Shown: positions 51,551-62,617 of the stretch, one piece after another
Position numbering within the stretch: position 1 is the stretch's first letter
How the letters are laid out: the number at the start of each line of letters is the position of its first letter
Assembly: GCF_018350175.1 (NCBI RefSeq)
Contig: NC_058369.1
Coordinates: forward strand, 26,228,001-26,292,000
Source of the DNA: Felis catus
Taxonomy: Eukaryota
Length of the DNA stretch: 64,000 nucleotides
Direction of reading: 5' to 3'
The notes under the pieces: model-generated
Told to the model about the DNA's origin: nothing
What the model saw: only the letters and a program-made list of their open reading frames with translations
Database searches by the model: none
Position numbers and translations under genes: made by a program

Positions 51551-54541
51551 TGCCCTCTCCCCCACTCACACTCTCTCTCTAAGACAATTTAAAAAATAAC
51601 AAAAATAAAAATAAAATCTTAAAAAGAAGTCATAAAAAGAAATCAAAAATAAGCCTAGAAAAAAAAATAGAAATAATACAAGTCAGAGCAAAATTCAATG
51701 ACATAGAAAAGAAAGTAGATCTTAGACATGCTGCCAATTCCAATCTTTCATATTCACCAAGAATTCTGAACTTGGTGCAGTCCCGGGGGAAGGAGTTAGT
51801 CTGGATGGGTTTGCGTGATGAGGGGAGGTGCCTGGGGTAGCCGAAGAAGCCCCAGGCCTGGAGTGAGTACTGCAGATGGGCAACCCTATTGGTGCAGGAA
51901 TTGTTATGCCCTGGGTGGATGGCAGCTAAGGATCACATCCAGAATTGCTTCAGTGGGGTCATCCGTACTGTCCATCCCACCAAGAGGATGGTGGGCAGGG
52001 TCTGCAGCGGGATGCAGCTCCCACCTCCCTCGCTGTCACTGGGAAGCATCCACTGGGAGTCCTGAGCAGAGCATATGAAAGAGTCATTTGGACAAACCTA
52101 AAAAGTGGGTTTTCACGGTTCTCCTCTGGGCCTGCAGTTCTGGCCCCACCATGTTAGGAGGCCTCAAAAGCAGAAAAGCACAGCTCCCCTTTGCACCCGA
52201 CTTTTTGCCTTTGCGATTATGAAGAACTTGCCGGTTGCCCCCCAAGCCACAGCCCACTGGGCATTGTGGTGGGTGCCTTTAATGAGAGTTTTGGAAAGAA
52301 GAAAAGGGTTACTCATCACAGCCTTGCCTGAAAGACTGCCAGAAGCTTCTGAAATGACGACGGAAAGCCCCAGGAATCACAAGCAGGCTCTACATCCCAC
52401 TGTCTGGCGTGGGTCCCTCGGGGCTGGATCCTGCTGGGCAGGCATCGAGGAAGCTGAGGGAGAGGCCATGGTTAGGACTCAATTTGCCATCAGTCTGGCT
52501 TCTTGTACAGCACAGAGGCAGCGTCAGGAGAGACTGATGCAAGAAACACATCAGTTTGATGGTGCTGCCCATCGTCTGCCTTCCATATGAACCCCAGTGA
52601 GTATTCCCCATCCCAGAGGACCTTATCTGTTGCGTTGTCCAAAGGAAGTTCCCAGAAAGTACAGGGAGATTATAAGGTAGGTCAGGCCAGCTGGAAGACT
52701 GCACCAGGTGCTCTCCCAAGTATTTTCCATGAATCACTTTATCAAGCTTTCACACACCCCTAAAAGGTACTTATAACTTGTGCCCATTGTATAGCCAGGA
52801 AACTGAGGCACTAAGAGGTGAAGAATCTTGCCCGAGGCCACACAGATAACAAGTATAGAGAAGCCTCTTGGTTTATGATTGAAGGTGACTATGCTTTCAC
52901 TGGTTCAGGCAGGAGCTCTGGCCCAGGTTCCAGTAGAGCCTGGGGCCGTGTTGGCTCACCTGAACTAAGACAGTGTGTGACAGCTTCAGCCACAGATCAC
53001 TGAGGCCACACCTGGGGCTCCTGCTGAGGAAGATGACCCAGTTGTTCACTCAGCAAATAGTTAAGTATATCCCATTGCCCAGCCTCCTGCCAGGCGGCAA
53101 ACAAGCTTACTTACATTGCGGCATCAAAGGGTGCCTCAAGGGACAGCCTGCTCGTCTCCTCCCTGTCTCTTTTAGAACCAGGACTGGTGTCATGCCCTCC
53201 CTGGAAGGACTCACTCCCTCTTGCTGACACCCCCTTCCCTCTGCCATACTGGAAATGTTCATCAGTGTTGTTTGCCCAAAGCAGTTTTCTGGACGGGAGA
53301 AGTCTCCTCTGATTGTTTGTTGTCCCTTGGGGTCAGGCTTGGAAAGCAGGCGATTGATGTAGCTCTGCTCCTAGCTGCCACTCCAGAGGCAGCCCCGAGG
53401 CTCTGCCTGGGACCAGTTCAGGCTCCCTTTGAAAGGTAAGGTCAACTCCCTGGACTTCATACCAGCCAGGGCTTTCGCACTCTCTTCAGATAATTTTTAG
53501 GTTTTAATTAAACATAAATACTGACTTAAGGTTCCTCATTTAACTTTCCAAGCCCTGGATATTGATCTCTGGACAATTCATTAGTTGGTTAATTAACATT
53601 GTTCTGAGATGATGGATATAAATTTTAACATCCACATATACCAGCTTTCCGCTTTGGGGACTTCCTGTCTTAGATCGAGAAATGTTTTATTAAAAGTGGC
53701 AATTCACTGGGTCTATTCCAAAAATGTTTGCTGAAATACTCTTCGGCCAGGTTTGGTAGTTTTGGTTTGTTTGTTTTTTAACTCTTTGTCTCTGTCTCTC
53801 CTCCTATCCTCCCCCACCTCCCACCCCCATGTGTTTCATCACTTTATTTGTCTCATATCTGTCTGTCTGTCTCTTTCACACATGCAGGCAGGCACAAAGA
53901 GATACACTCTCCCCTGACAGTTGGGAGCCTGGCTCTTCTGATCTCTCATCTTGTATATCTTCCAGCATCACTCCTTTAGCCATACAGACTGGGCTTTCTC
54001 ACCAGTGGCTTCTCTCCTCACTCCCATCCACCCCAAAGTTGGATGATGTTCATACAAACCCTCCATCCTGGAAAGAAGGTGAAAAAGTAGAGAGGAGGTG
54101 GGAGTGGTCACAGATGGGGCAGCAGAGATGTCCTCAAATTACCTGCTGAGGTCAGAGCCAGAGGGTGACGGTGCAGGGCTGCTGTTCTGTACCCCCCAGC
54201 TCCCCTGGGGCTCTGGGGCCCAGTGTTGCTGCTCTCTGGACTGGAAGTCACCAGGATGTGGGCCTGGGGTTGCCTATGATGGAATGAGGGTCTTGTGTGA
54301 CCGTCGTTAGCCTAGTCAGGGAGAGGATATCAGATGACTCCTTTCAGCAGCAGGAAGGCTCCCCTCCCTTGGCTCCGGAGGAACCTTTCCTTCATTGCTT
54401 GTTGGATATTTGGTCTCTATACCTTCCAGGCAATGACTAGGAACTTTAGGGCACACCTAGGGTATTTCCACCCTCCAGCAGGGGATGGGAGAAGAAAGAA
54501 GGATTCTTAGTGACAGAAAGTGGCAGCTATAGATGTAAGTA

Positions 54542-54858
54542 TAGGTCTACAATCCCTTACCAAACCTCAAAGAGCCAGATGTGATTCCAAATTGAGAAAT
54601 TTTCCCATTTTAGAAAGGTATTATGGTGTGTATACCACAGATTATGTAATATCCCCAGTGGGGTCTGGGACTGCTTTACAGGATCAAATGCATTGACATT
54701 TCTGCTGTGCAGTGTATGAATATCCACACTAAATGGGACAAAAGCTATAAAAAACTTCACCTCTGTTCAGATTAAGCGTTGGGTGCCACATGAAGAAAGA
54801 TTTGGTTTCCATGCTTTTCTTGGGTTTCAGAATTGTGGATAAGGGATGGTAGGTCTCC
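54542..54858. mobile_element. MER46/Tigger4-like DNA transposon
   Basis: Inverted ends tacaatcccttacc and ggataagggatggta. Confidence 0.6.
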
Positions 54859-56011
54859 ATTCCCTGCTTCCTCTCTCCTGCCTTGGGGTAGAGGTTGGAG
54901 GGGTAGGAACCGGGGGATAAGAAGGGGCATCTTGAGGAAGAGTCTGTTCTTCCAAGGTGGGAAGAGAGGCATAAACACAGGTGTGGTCCATGGCTCCCTC
55001 TTGTGACTATAAGGGGCAGTCCTGACTTTCATTTGACAATTAGAAAATTATTTAATTTTATAAGCAACTATAAAATTGTTTGACAATTGTTAAATTATAA
55101 GAATAATGACCTGTCACTTTAAAACAAATTTAAAAATGAGTGTTTAAAAAATATTCTTATACACACATATGTATAACCAGAAAAGACCCTACAGCTGGTT
55201 TATTGATGGTTTGTTTGGTTTTTACATAAATGGGTCCTGCTGGACGTTACGGTTGCCACCCCGCACCCCCTGCCTGCTCTTTTCACTTACCTCTATGTTT
55301 TGGGACTCCTGTAGGTCAGAACCCACAGATCCCCCTGGTTCCTGGAATGGGGATGCAGAGCCCTCTAAGGAAAGGGGGGTACAGAGAGGGTGTACTTTGT
55401 AGGAACACGATGAATCTCTCAGAGAGGATCTCTGAATTTCAAGAAAGCCTTGTGGGCCCCTCCAGAAACAGGCTGCTTAATTACAAGGTGGTTGTCCTCT
55501 CCCCACATTCTCTCTTCCTAAGGTCCTAGAGCCTTTTATTAGGGGTTTCTAAGGTCACTTGTAAGGAAAGGTTCCTCTATCATTTAAATACATTTCAGAA
55601 ATTCTGGGTGAGACAAAGTTAGATAGTCTGGCCCTTGCTCCAGCCCCAACACAAGTAGGAGACTGACTGGGAAGGAGCAAAAACATCCTCAGAGAGCAGC
55701 CAAGATTAGGGCCGAGGCGGGGACCGTCCTGCCACTCCCCTGGATGATGGGGATGGTTTGGACTTAACAGTCTGGGCAGGAGCTTCTGGTCTTTTGTACC
55801 CTTGACTGGTGAGCTGCCCCCAGAGTCCCTGCCTGCAGCGTGTGCTGCTGATGTCCTTCCCAGATCCCCTGTACTGACTGCTGCCCCCACCCCCCACCTG
55901 CTGGGAGTACTGGCTGCTGAGGAAACACACCTGCCCTTCTCCCAGAGAAGCGCCCTCAGATGCCAGGAGGCTCCTTCGAGGTTGTGCCCCATCCTCTTCC
56001 TCTCACCTCCT

Positions 56012-56163
56012 GGGGTTGCCAGACAAAATACAGGATACCCAGCTAAATTTAATTTCAGGCAAACAACGAATACTTTCTTAGCACAAGGATATCCTACTCA
56101 TTCTTTATCTGAAACTCAAATTTAACTGGGCAACTATTTTTCTTTGCTAAATCTGGCAACCCT
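56012..56163. mobile_element. MER53-like palindromic MITE
   Basis: TIRs GGGTTGCCAGA 56013-56023 and TCTGGCAACCC 56152-56162, with internal inverted arms. Confidence 0.8.
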
Positions 56164-58717
56164 ACAGTTGGCAGTCAGTGACCTGGGAGGAGTGTGATGA
56201 AGCCTTGGCCGCCTTGCCTCCAGGCTGGAAGCTTGCTGGTATCACTTATGCTCCAGGGCTCCGTGTGGGATCAGCCTGAGGTTGGGCTTCAGCTGAACCC
56301 ATGGCTTTGTTTAGCTTCTTCCCCTGCCCCATCCTGCTTTCCTCTCCCACTCGCAGGTTTCCCATGAGAGCTGTCCCCAATAAATTACTTCCATAAAGAT
56401 TCCTATCTCATGCTCGGCCTCTGGGGACTCAAAAACATGCCCGCTTTTCATATTTCCTGTTTGGAGATGATGCTCAGGGTTGCCTCAAAGAGCAACGTCT
56501 AGCCGTGTCATCCCATGGGTTCTGGGGCTTCTCATCACTGTAGGCAAATGGCTTATTCTACTTTTTTTTTTTTTTAATCTATGAAGGCAATAATAATAGT
56601 GACATTGCAGGGTAGATAGGATAATGTAAGCAAGCAATCAGGTACTTGGCAGGTCTCCCTAAATGGAAACAACAGCTGTCATTCCATAGCCTTTAGCTTC
56701 TAGTCATTTTCACTTCCTTTGTCCTACCTTTTCCTTTCCTTTCTTTTTTTTTTTTTTTTAATTTATTTTTGAGAGAGAGTGTGAGTGGGGGAGGAACAGA
56801 GAGAGAGGGAGAGAGAGACTCCCAAGCAGACTTTGCACAGATCCCGATGCGGGTTTGAACTCACAAAACTGTGAAATGACCTGAGTGAAACCGAGTCAGA
56901 CGCTTAATGGACTGAGCCACCCAGGCACCCCACTTTGTCCTACCTTCTTCATCTGCTGACATGAGTGGATATGATCCCCATGAGGCTGATGGAGATTTGT
57001 GGCTGTGATCCTACTTGGGCCTCTCTCTTGACTTCTCTTCCTGAAGTTATGAAAGTTTTAGTAAAAGCCACTCTTGGCAGCAGTTTACAAGGCAGGAAGG
57101 GGAGCTGAAGAACAAAGCAGAAGAGGGGAAGTATGGACTCAGCTCTTTCTCAGCTGCCATCACTTCCAGGAACATAAAATACTCTCAGATCCCCAACAAC
57201 TTTGCTCTGACGTGTCAGAAACAGTGTCCAGAATGGCCATCTTGAGCCAACTGATGCCACCAGTGCAATGCTAGGCAACTTTTATAAAGACCGAGACAGG
57301 CTTGTGTGTTATGATTAGGAGTGATGTTCAGATATATTGTTACAAAGGGAAAGCTCCCCTACTGTATCTCTGGAAGGACACTTCAGAAACTCATACCAGG
57401 GGCACCTGGGTGGCTCGGTCGGTTAAGGCCAACTCTTGATTTCAGTTCAGGTCATGATCTTGTGGTTCATGAGTTCGAGCCCCGAATCAGGATCTGCACT
57501 GACAGTACAGACCCTGCTTGGGATTCTCTCTGCCCCCGCCGCCCCCCCCCCCAATTTTGTGCACGGGCACTCTCTCTCTCTCTCTCAAAATAAATAAACT
57601 TTATAAGAGAAAGAAAAAGAAAGAGAAAAAGAAAGAAAAGAAAGAAAGAGAAAGAAAAGAAAGAGAAAGAACGAAAGAAAGAAAAAGAAACCACTGGCTG
57701 TGGGATCTGTGTTGATTTCCTCTATCTCTCCCCCCATCTGGAACAAGTTCTATCTCCTCTGAGGGGAGAAGGAAGGGAAGCAGAAGCTGCAGGACTGCAG
57801 AACACGACAATAGCTAAAGACTGAAGTTTCGGGAAATAGCAGACAGTGGAATTTTTAGAAAAGAAGACATTAAGAGAGAAGGTCCCAACTGACTCAGGCT
57901 CAGTTTTGGCTGTGCAGGGCAACCCTTTGCCCCCAAAGGAAGTAGAATTAGCACACCCATCTATGAATTACTGCATTCACTAAACATATGTTGAGTGTCA
58001 GGCAGGGGAATGCTGTGGTGAGCCAACACAAACAATACCATCCCCATCCTCATGGGGCTCATACTCAAGTTATGGCAGCCCCAGCCCCTCTCCCCCACGC
58101 ACTCCTGACTCATAACACACAACTGGTGGTGGCACGGTGCAGTATGGAGAGCACCATCTGGAGTCAGACCGTCTGCTCACCAGTTATAAACATGTGATCT
58201 TGGGCAAGTAACAGCCTCTTGTGCCGCAGTCTCTACCCCTTTAAAATGGGGATGATCATAATAATAGCTACTTTGGGATTGTGTGAGAGTTCCCCGAAAT
58301 AACATCTGAAAAGTTTTTTTTCATAGCACCTGGCCCAAAGAAAATACTTGGTAATTATCATCTATTATTATTATTAATTATTAAATATAAACACTATTTG
58401 TTTTACGGGTACGGGGCCAGCAAGTACTTACTGAATAAATGCACAGATGAAACCTGGCTTAAATTTGAAGACAGGACCATCTGGACCAACTCAGATAGAT
58501 ACACTACTGTATGCTGGGAGCCACAAGGGACATTGAGAGCGGCTCCTGTCCTTGGAGTGCTTGACAAATGCTCAGCAGAAGAGCTGCTATATATAAAGTT
58601 GAATGAATGAATGCATGCATAAATAAATGACTATGAAGCGAGCTCCCGGACCGAATAAACACATCCGGAGTCCCAACCCCATTCAGACATTCGCTCATAG
58701 AGCATTCTCTGGAGTGA

Positions 58718-58731
58718 GCACCAGGGGGCAC
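58718..58731 (+). promoter_or_regulatory. candidate CTCF site
   Basis: GCACCAGGGGGCAC matches 13 of 14 positions of CCASYAGRKGGCRS, at the edge of the CpG island. Confidence 0.55.
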
Positions 58732-58839
58732 TGAGCTCGGCCAGTCTCAGCTACTGATCACGATTTATCCCTAGGTTCTTAGGCGAACTCCGCGCGGTGA
58801 CGTCATATCCGCGCCTAGACGTCACTGACGCTTCCGGAG

Positions 58840-58960
58840 GGCGAAACAGGAGCCAAACGTAAACATCCCCGGAGTTTCCCGGGCCCAGGGTCTGGCCTCT
58901 GCGGGGGAGCTCCGAGCTTTGGCAGAGTCTTGCAAGGAACGGGATTCAGGAAGGCGCCAG
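58840..58960 (+). other. RPP14: probable RPP14 non-coding exon 1 (start approximate)
   Basis: Strong donor CAG|gttagt at 58960/58961, just downstream of the CRE/ETS cluster. The TSS cannot be fixed from sequence alone. Confidence 0.6.
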
Positions 58961-59379
58961 GTTAGTCCGACCGAGAGCAGAAAAATGGAAGACCATAGCA
59001 GAGCGATTGTTCGCCGGGATCGGGCTCAGTCGGCCACGCTGTTGACGCTAGGACGTGTGCGCCAGGCGCGCGTGCGCAAGACGGGAGTTGCGGCGGGCGG
59101 CGCGTGGCATTCTGAAGTACCTATCCGCTGGGGTTTGGGACACTGTGCGGCTGGGGAGGTTCCGCCGCGCACCTCCCTGGGGGTTTGTGCTGCGGGGTCT
59201 CGGTAGCGGATGGTGGTTGCGAGGAGCGAGCGGGACCATGTGTGCAGAGCGCATGCGCCCGGCGCCAGGTGGGCGCTAAATAAGTGGCGGATGGTGGTCG
59301 AAGAAAGTTGAAAACAACCGAAGTGCCCAACAGTGCATGATTGAGCTTTTTTTTTTTCTTTAATGACTGATTTGGCCCC

Positions 59380-60040
59380 AGCCTTATGTATTTAATGTGT
59401 ACTGTGTGCGATGCAGTTTTTGATTCTTGAGAAACAGTATTGAACAAGATATTCCTGTTTCTTGTGGAGTGTACGTTATGTTGGGGTGGAGGAGGGAAGT
59501 ACAAGTAGAGAATAAATGAGTTACGTAGTTGTGTTAGAGGCGTAGTAAGTTCTATGAGAAAAAACTAGAGCAGGAGCCTGGAGGGGTTGCCGTATTAGAT
59601 AACCACCAGACCAAAGCGAGGGGAGAGAGTTGATCAAAGCCATGAAGGAAGCAAGGGAGCGAGCCACCTGGCTACCTGGGAAAAGAGTATTCCCAGCCTG
59701 CGTTAAAGCTAGGAGCCAGGCGCAGAGGCGGGAGAGAAATGGTGTGTGAGGAGGAGCTAGGAGGCCTCTGGTGGAAGGGGTTGAGTAGGGGAGTATGGTA
59801 GGACATGAGATCAGAGCGGTCGGAGGAGGCAGGGGTACAAATCAGGTAAGGCCTTGCAGGACCGGTAGGTCCTTTAGCTTTACTCTGAGTAAAATGGGAA
59901 CCGTTGCAAGGTTTTGAGCAGAGACATGGCCGCGGCTTGAATAGCTTTTAATTGACTCATCCTGGCTGCTGTAGAAACTAGATTGGGAGGTGCTGGGGCG
60001 AAGCAGGTGGAAGTAGGGACATCTGTTACTAGGAGGTCAT
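59380..60040 (-). mobile_element. L2 LINE remnant in RPP14 intron 1 (others at ~37730-38900 and ~60620-61090)
   Basis: ctttagctttactctgagtaaaatgggaaccgttgcaaggttttgagcag...ctggctgctgt, typical of L2. Confidence 0.7.
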
Positions 60041-62363
60041 TTGATGAGCATCCTTGCAGCCATTACAAAGTCTGGCTTCAAAGATTATGATAACAATGGC
60101 TGTGGAAGTGCTTTCATGGTGTTGAGCCTGGTGGATATGCCAGGCTGTATGAAGGGCTACCTGACATCCTCTCCTTTAATATCAGGATAACCTGCAGAGG
60201 GCAATACTGTCACTGACCCTTGAAGCTCAGGCTATGTGGAGGTGACTGCTCAGTAAACACTTGTTCCTTAAGTCTTTTTTGGTAAAATATATATGACATA
60301 AAATGTATCACTTTTAAGTGTATGTTAACATTGCTGTGCAACCATTATCACGGTCCATTTCCAGAATACTCCTTAAGTCTTCATTGTTTTTGACAGCCTG
60401 AGCCCCAGGCCCCAATCTCATTCCCCTACCTCAGGCAGCCAACTCTGTCAAGGCTGATAGTAACTCTTAAAAAACACCTATCATGTGTGAGACAACGAAT
60501 GAAGTGATTCTTCCTGTTCTTCTAGTCAGGGAAGATTCTAATGATTGGGAAAGAATCATCAGGTAGTTATTTCTGCAGTGTTGAAACCAAAGATACCCTT
60601 GAACATATAGGCCTAAGACATCACCATTCAGTAAGTGTTTACTGAATACATACTCTGCGCCAGACACAGTAACTATTAAGTGGGTGGTTGGATGTAGCTC
60701 CTTGACCTTGACTTGTCATTTTCTCTGGAGATATCATCTAGGAGTAGTAGGAACTAAGCCTGATGCATAGGTTTTTGTAAATGCTGGTTTAGAGCTTTAT
60801 GACCTTTGCTAAGTCCCTTTCCTGGGTTGGACCTCAGTTTCCTGGTTCCTTTAGTGGAGAACCAGATATTAAACAGTATTAAGAGGTTGCATAACAAGGG
60901 AATCTAACTTAGAACAGGGTGTCAAGGAAGGCCTCCTTGAGGTGAAACTCCGAGAAGAGGAGGTAACCTGTAAGCTAAAATTCAAAGGATGAGTAGGGGC
61001 TATGCAGAGGGAGAGTGAGGTGGGAGTGGAGCCAAGGACAGGGATTCTCCACAGGGGGATCAGCATGTTCTGTGTTCTTGAAAGATCCAAATCTGTTAGG
61101 AATGACATCGAGGTCCATTCCAGGAATTCCTCTTAAACCCCTTGCTGTTTAAGCTTGGTCTTTTGTGGGTTTTCGAAATAGCCCTGTGCAGACATGGTTT
61201 CCAGACAGACAACAGGCAAACCCAGCATGTGATGGGACAGCAGAACTACCACCCCTCATTCTGCTCATGTACTGTGTGGACTGAGAGTAAACAAGAAGAG
61301 GGCCTTCAGATCCTAGATTTTATTCCTGTATGCAATTTTCTTTTTTTTTTAAGAGATATACTAGGGGCACCTGGGAGGCCCAGTTGGTTAAGCGCCTGAC
61401 TTCAACTTGGGTCATGATTGCACAGCTCATGAGTTCGAGCTCCGTGTCAGGCTTTATGCTGATAGCTCAGAGCCTAAAGCCTGCTTTGGATTCTGTCTCT
61501 CTGCCCCTCCCCTGCTCGCGCTTTCTCTCTCTCTGTCTCTCAAAAATAAAAAGAGAGAGAGACATCCTACTAGAGTGGTCTTGAGAGGACTCAGGAGCCG
61601 TTGGAATCTGTGTGCCCTTGGGCAAGTGTTCCCTCTCTTTGCTAAGCCTCATGTCCTCTTCCCAAAAATGGGAGTGATAATAGCTTTTACCTCGTGGGAT
61701 CATTTTGAAGACTTATGACCTAAAGTATGTGAAGCGTTTAGCATAGAGCTAGGTACTAAGTGATGAGAAATGTTCATTGGGATTATGTCATTAGAATTTA
61801 AGAGTACAATGGTCTGGCATATATAAAATCTGGTAACTTTGGTTTGACCAGAATTAGATTAGTTACTATACTAGGAGTTCTTTTATCTTTTTTTTTTTAA
61901 GTTTATTTATTTATTTTCGAGAGAGAGAGAGAGAGAGAGAGAGAGAGCAAGCAAGTGTGAGCATAAGCAGGTGAGGGGCAGATAGAGAGGGAGACATACA
62001 GTCCAAAGCAGGCTCCAGGCTCTGAGCTGTCAGCACAGAGCCTGACATGGAACTCAAACTTGTGAACTCTGAGATCATGACCTGAGCTAAGTCAGATGCT
62101 TAACTGACTGAGCCACTGAGGCACCCCACTATACTAGGAGTTCTTTTAAAAATCAAATGAGTCAGGTACTTGGCTGGCTCAGTTGGTAAAGTATGTGACT
62201 CTTGATCTTGGGATTGTGAGTTCAAGCCCCACATTGGGTGTAGAGCTTAATTAAAAAAATAAAGATGGGTCAGATTGTCATTAAAAAAGTAAAAACTAGC
62301 TTGTACCTTGCTAACTTCTAGCTCTCTTGACTTGATTTCTAGATGTGGTCAGTGTTGGAAAAG

Positions 62364-62440
62364 ATGCCAGCTCCAGCCACTACATATGAAAGAATAGTTT
62401 ACAAAAATCCCTCTGAGCACCACTATATGAAAGTGTGTCT
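62364..62440 (+). CDS. RPP14: RPP14 (ribonuclease P/MRP subunit p14) coding exon 1
   Basis: aagATG then MPAPATTYERIVYKNPSEHHYMKVC(L), donor CT|gtaagt. Matches the recalled RPP14 N-terminus MPAPAATYERVVYKNPSEYHYMKVCL. Confidence 0.95.
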
Positions 62441-62532
62441 GTAAGTTCAGTTTCCTAAGTTCTACTTTTGATTACTTTTTTATGAGTCTGAATAGTATGA
62501 AATACATTTTTTCCTTTTTAATGTTATTACAG

Positions 62533-62617
62533 AGAATTTCAAGACCATGGGGTTGGACTGAATGTTGCACAGTTCAAACAGCTGCTTATTTCAGCCTTGA
62601 AGGACCTGTTTGGGGAG
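62533..62617 (+). CDS. RPP14: RPP14 coding exon 2; gene continues beyond the window
   Basis: After a 92-nt intron, ttattacag|(L)EFQDHGVGLNVAQFKQLLISALKDLFGE|gtatga. The two exons total 77+85 = 162 nt = 54 codons. Confidence 0.95.

Larger units (their letters stand above)
58620..59320 (+). promoter_or_regulatory. RPP14: CpG island and promoter of RPP14
   Basis: The only CpG-dense segment in the window. Motifs: CRE TGACGTCA 58798-58805, half-CREs 58818-58824 and 58826-58830, ETS CTTCCGG 58831-58837, NRF1-type GCGCGTGCGC 59068-59077 and GCGCATGCGC 59249-59258. Confidence 0.9.

Noticed and set aside
52105..52737. Intergenic ORFs of 115-161 aa between ABHD6 and RPP14
   Set aside because: No recognisable domain, non-ATG or weak starts and no exon structure. 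Lengths are within chance.
59255..59278. Second CTCF site
   Set aside because: An extra G breaks the core GGC; better explained as a possible splice donor.
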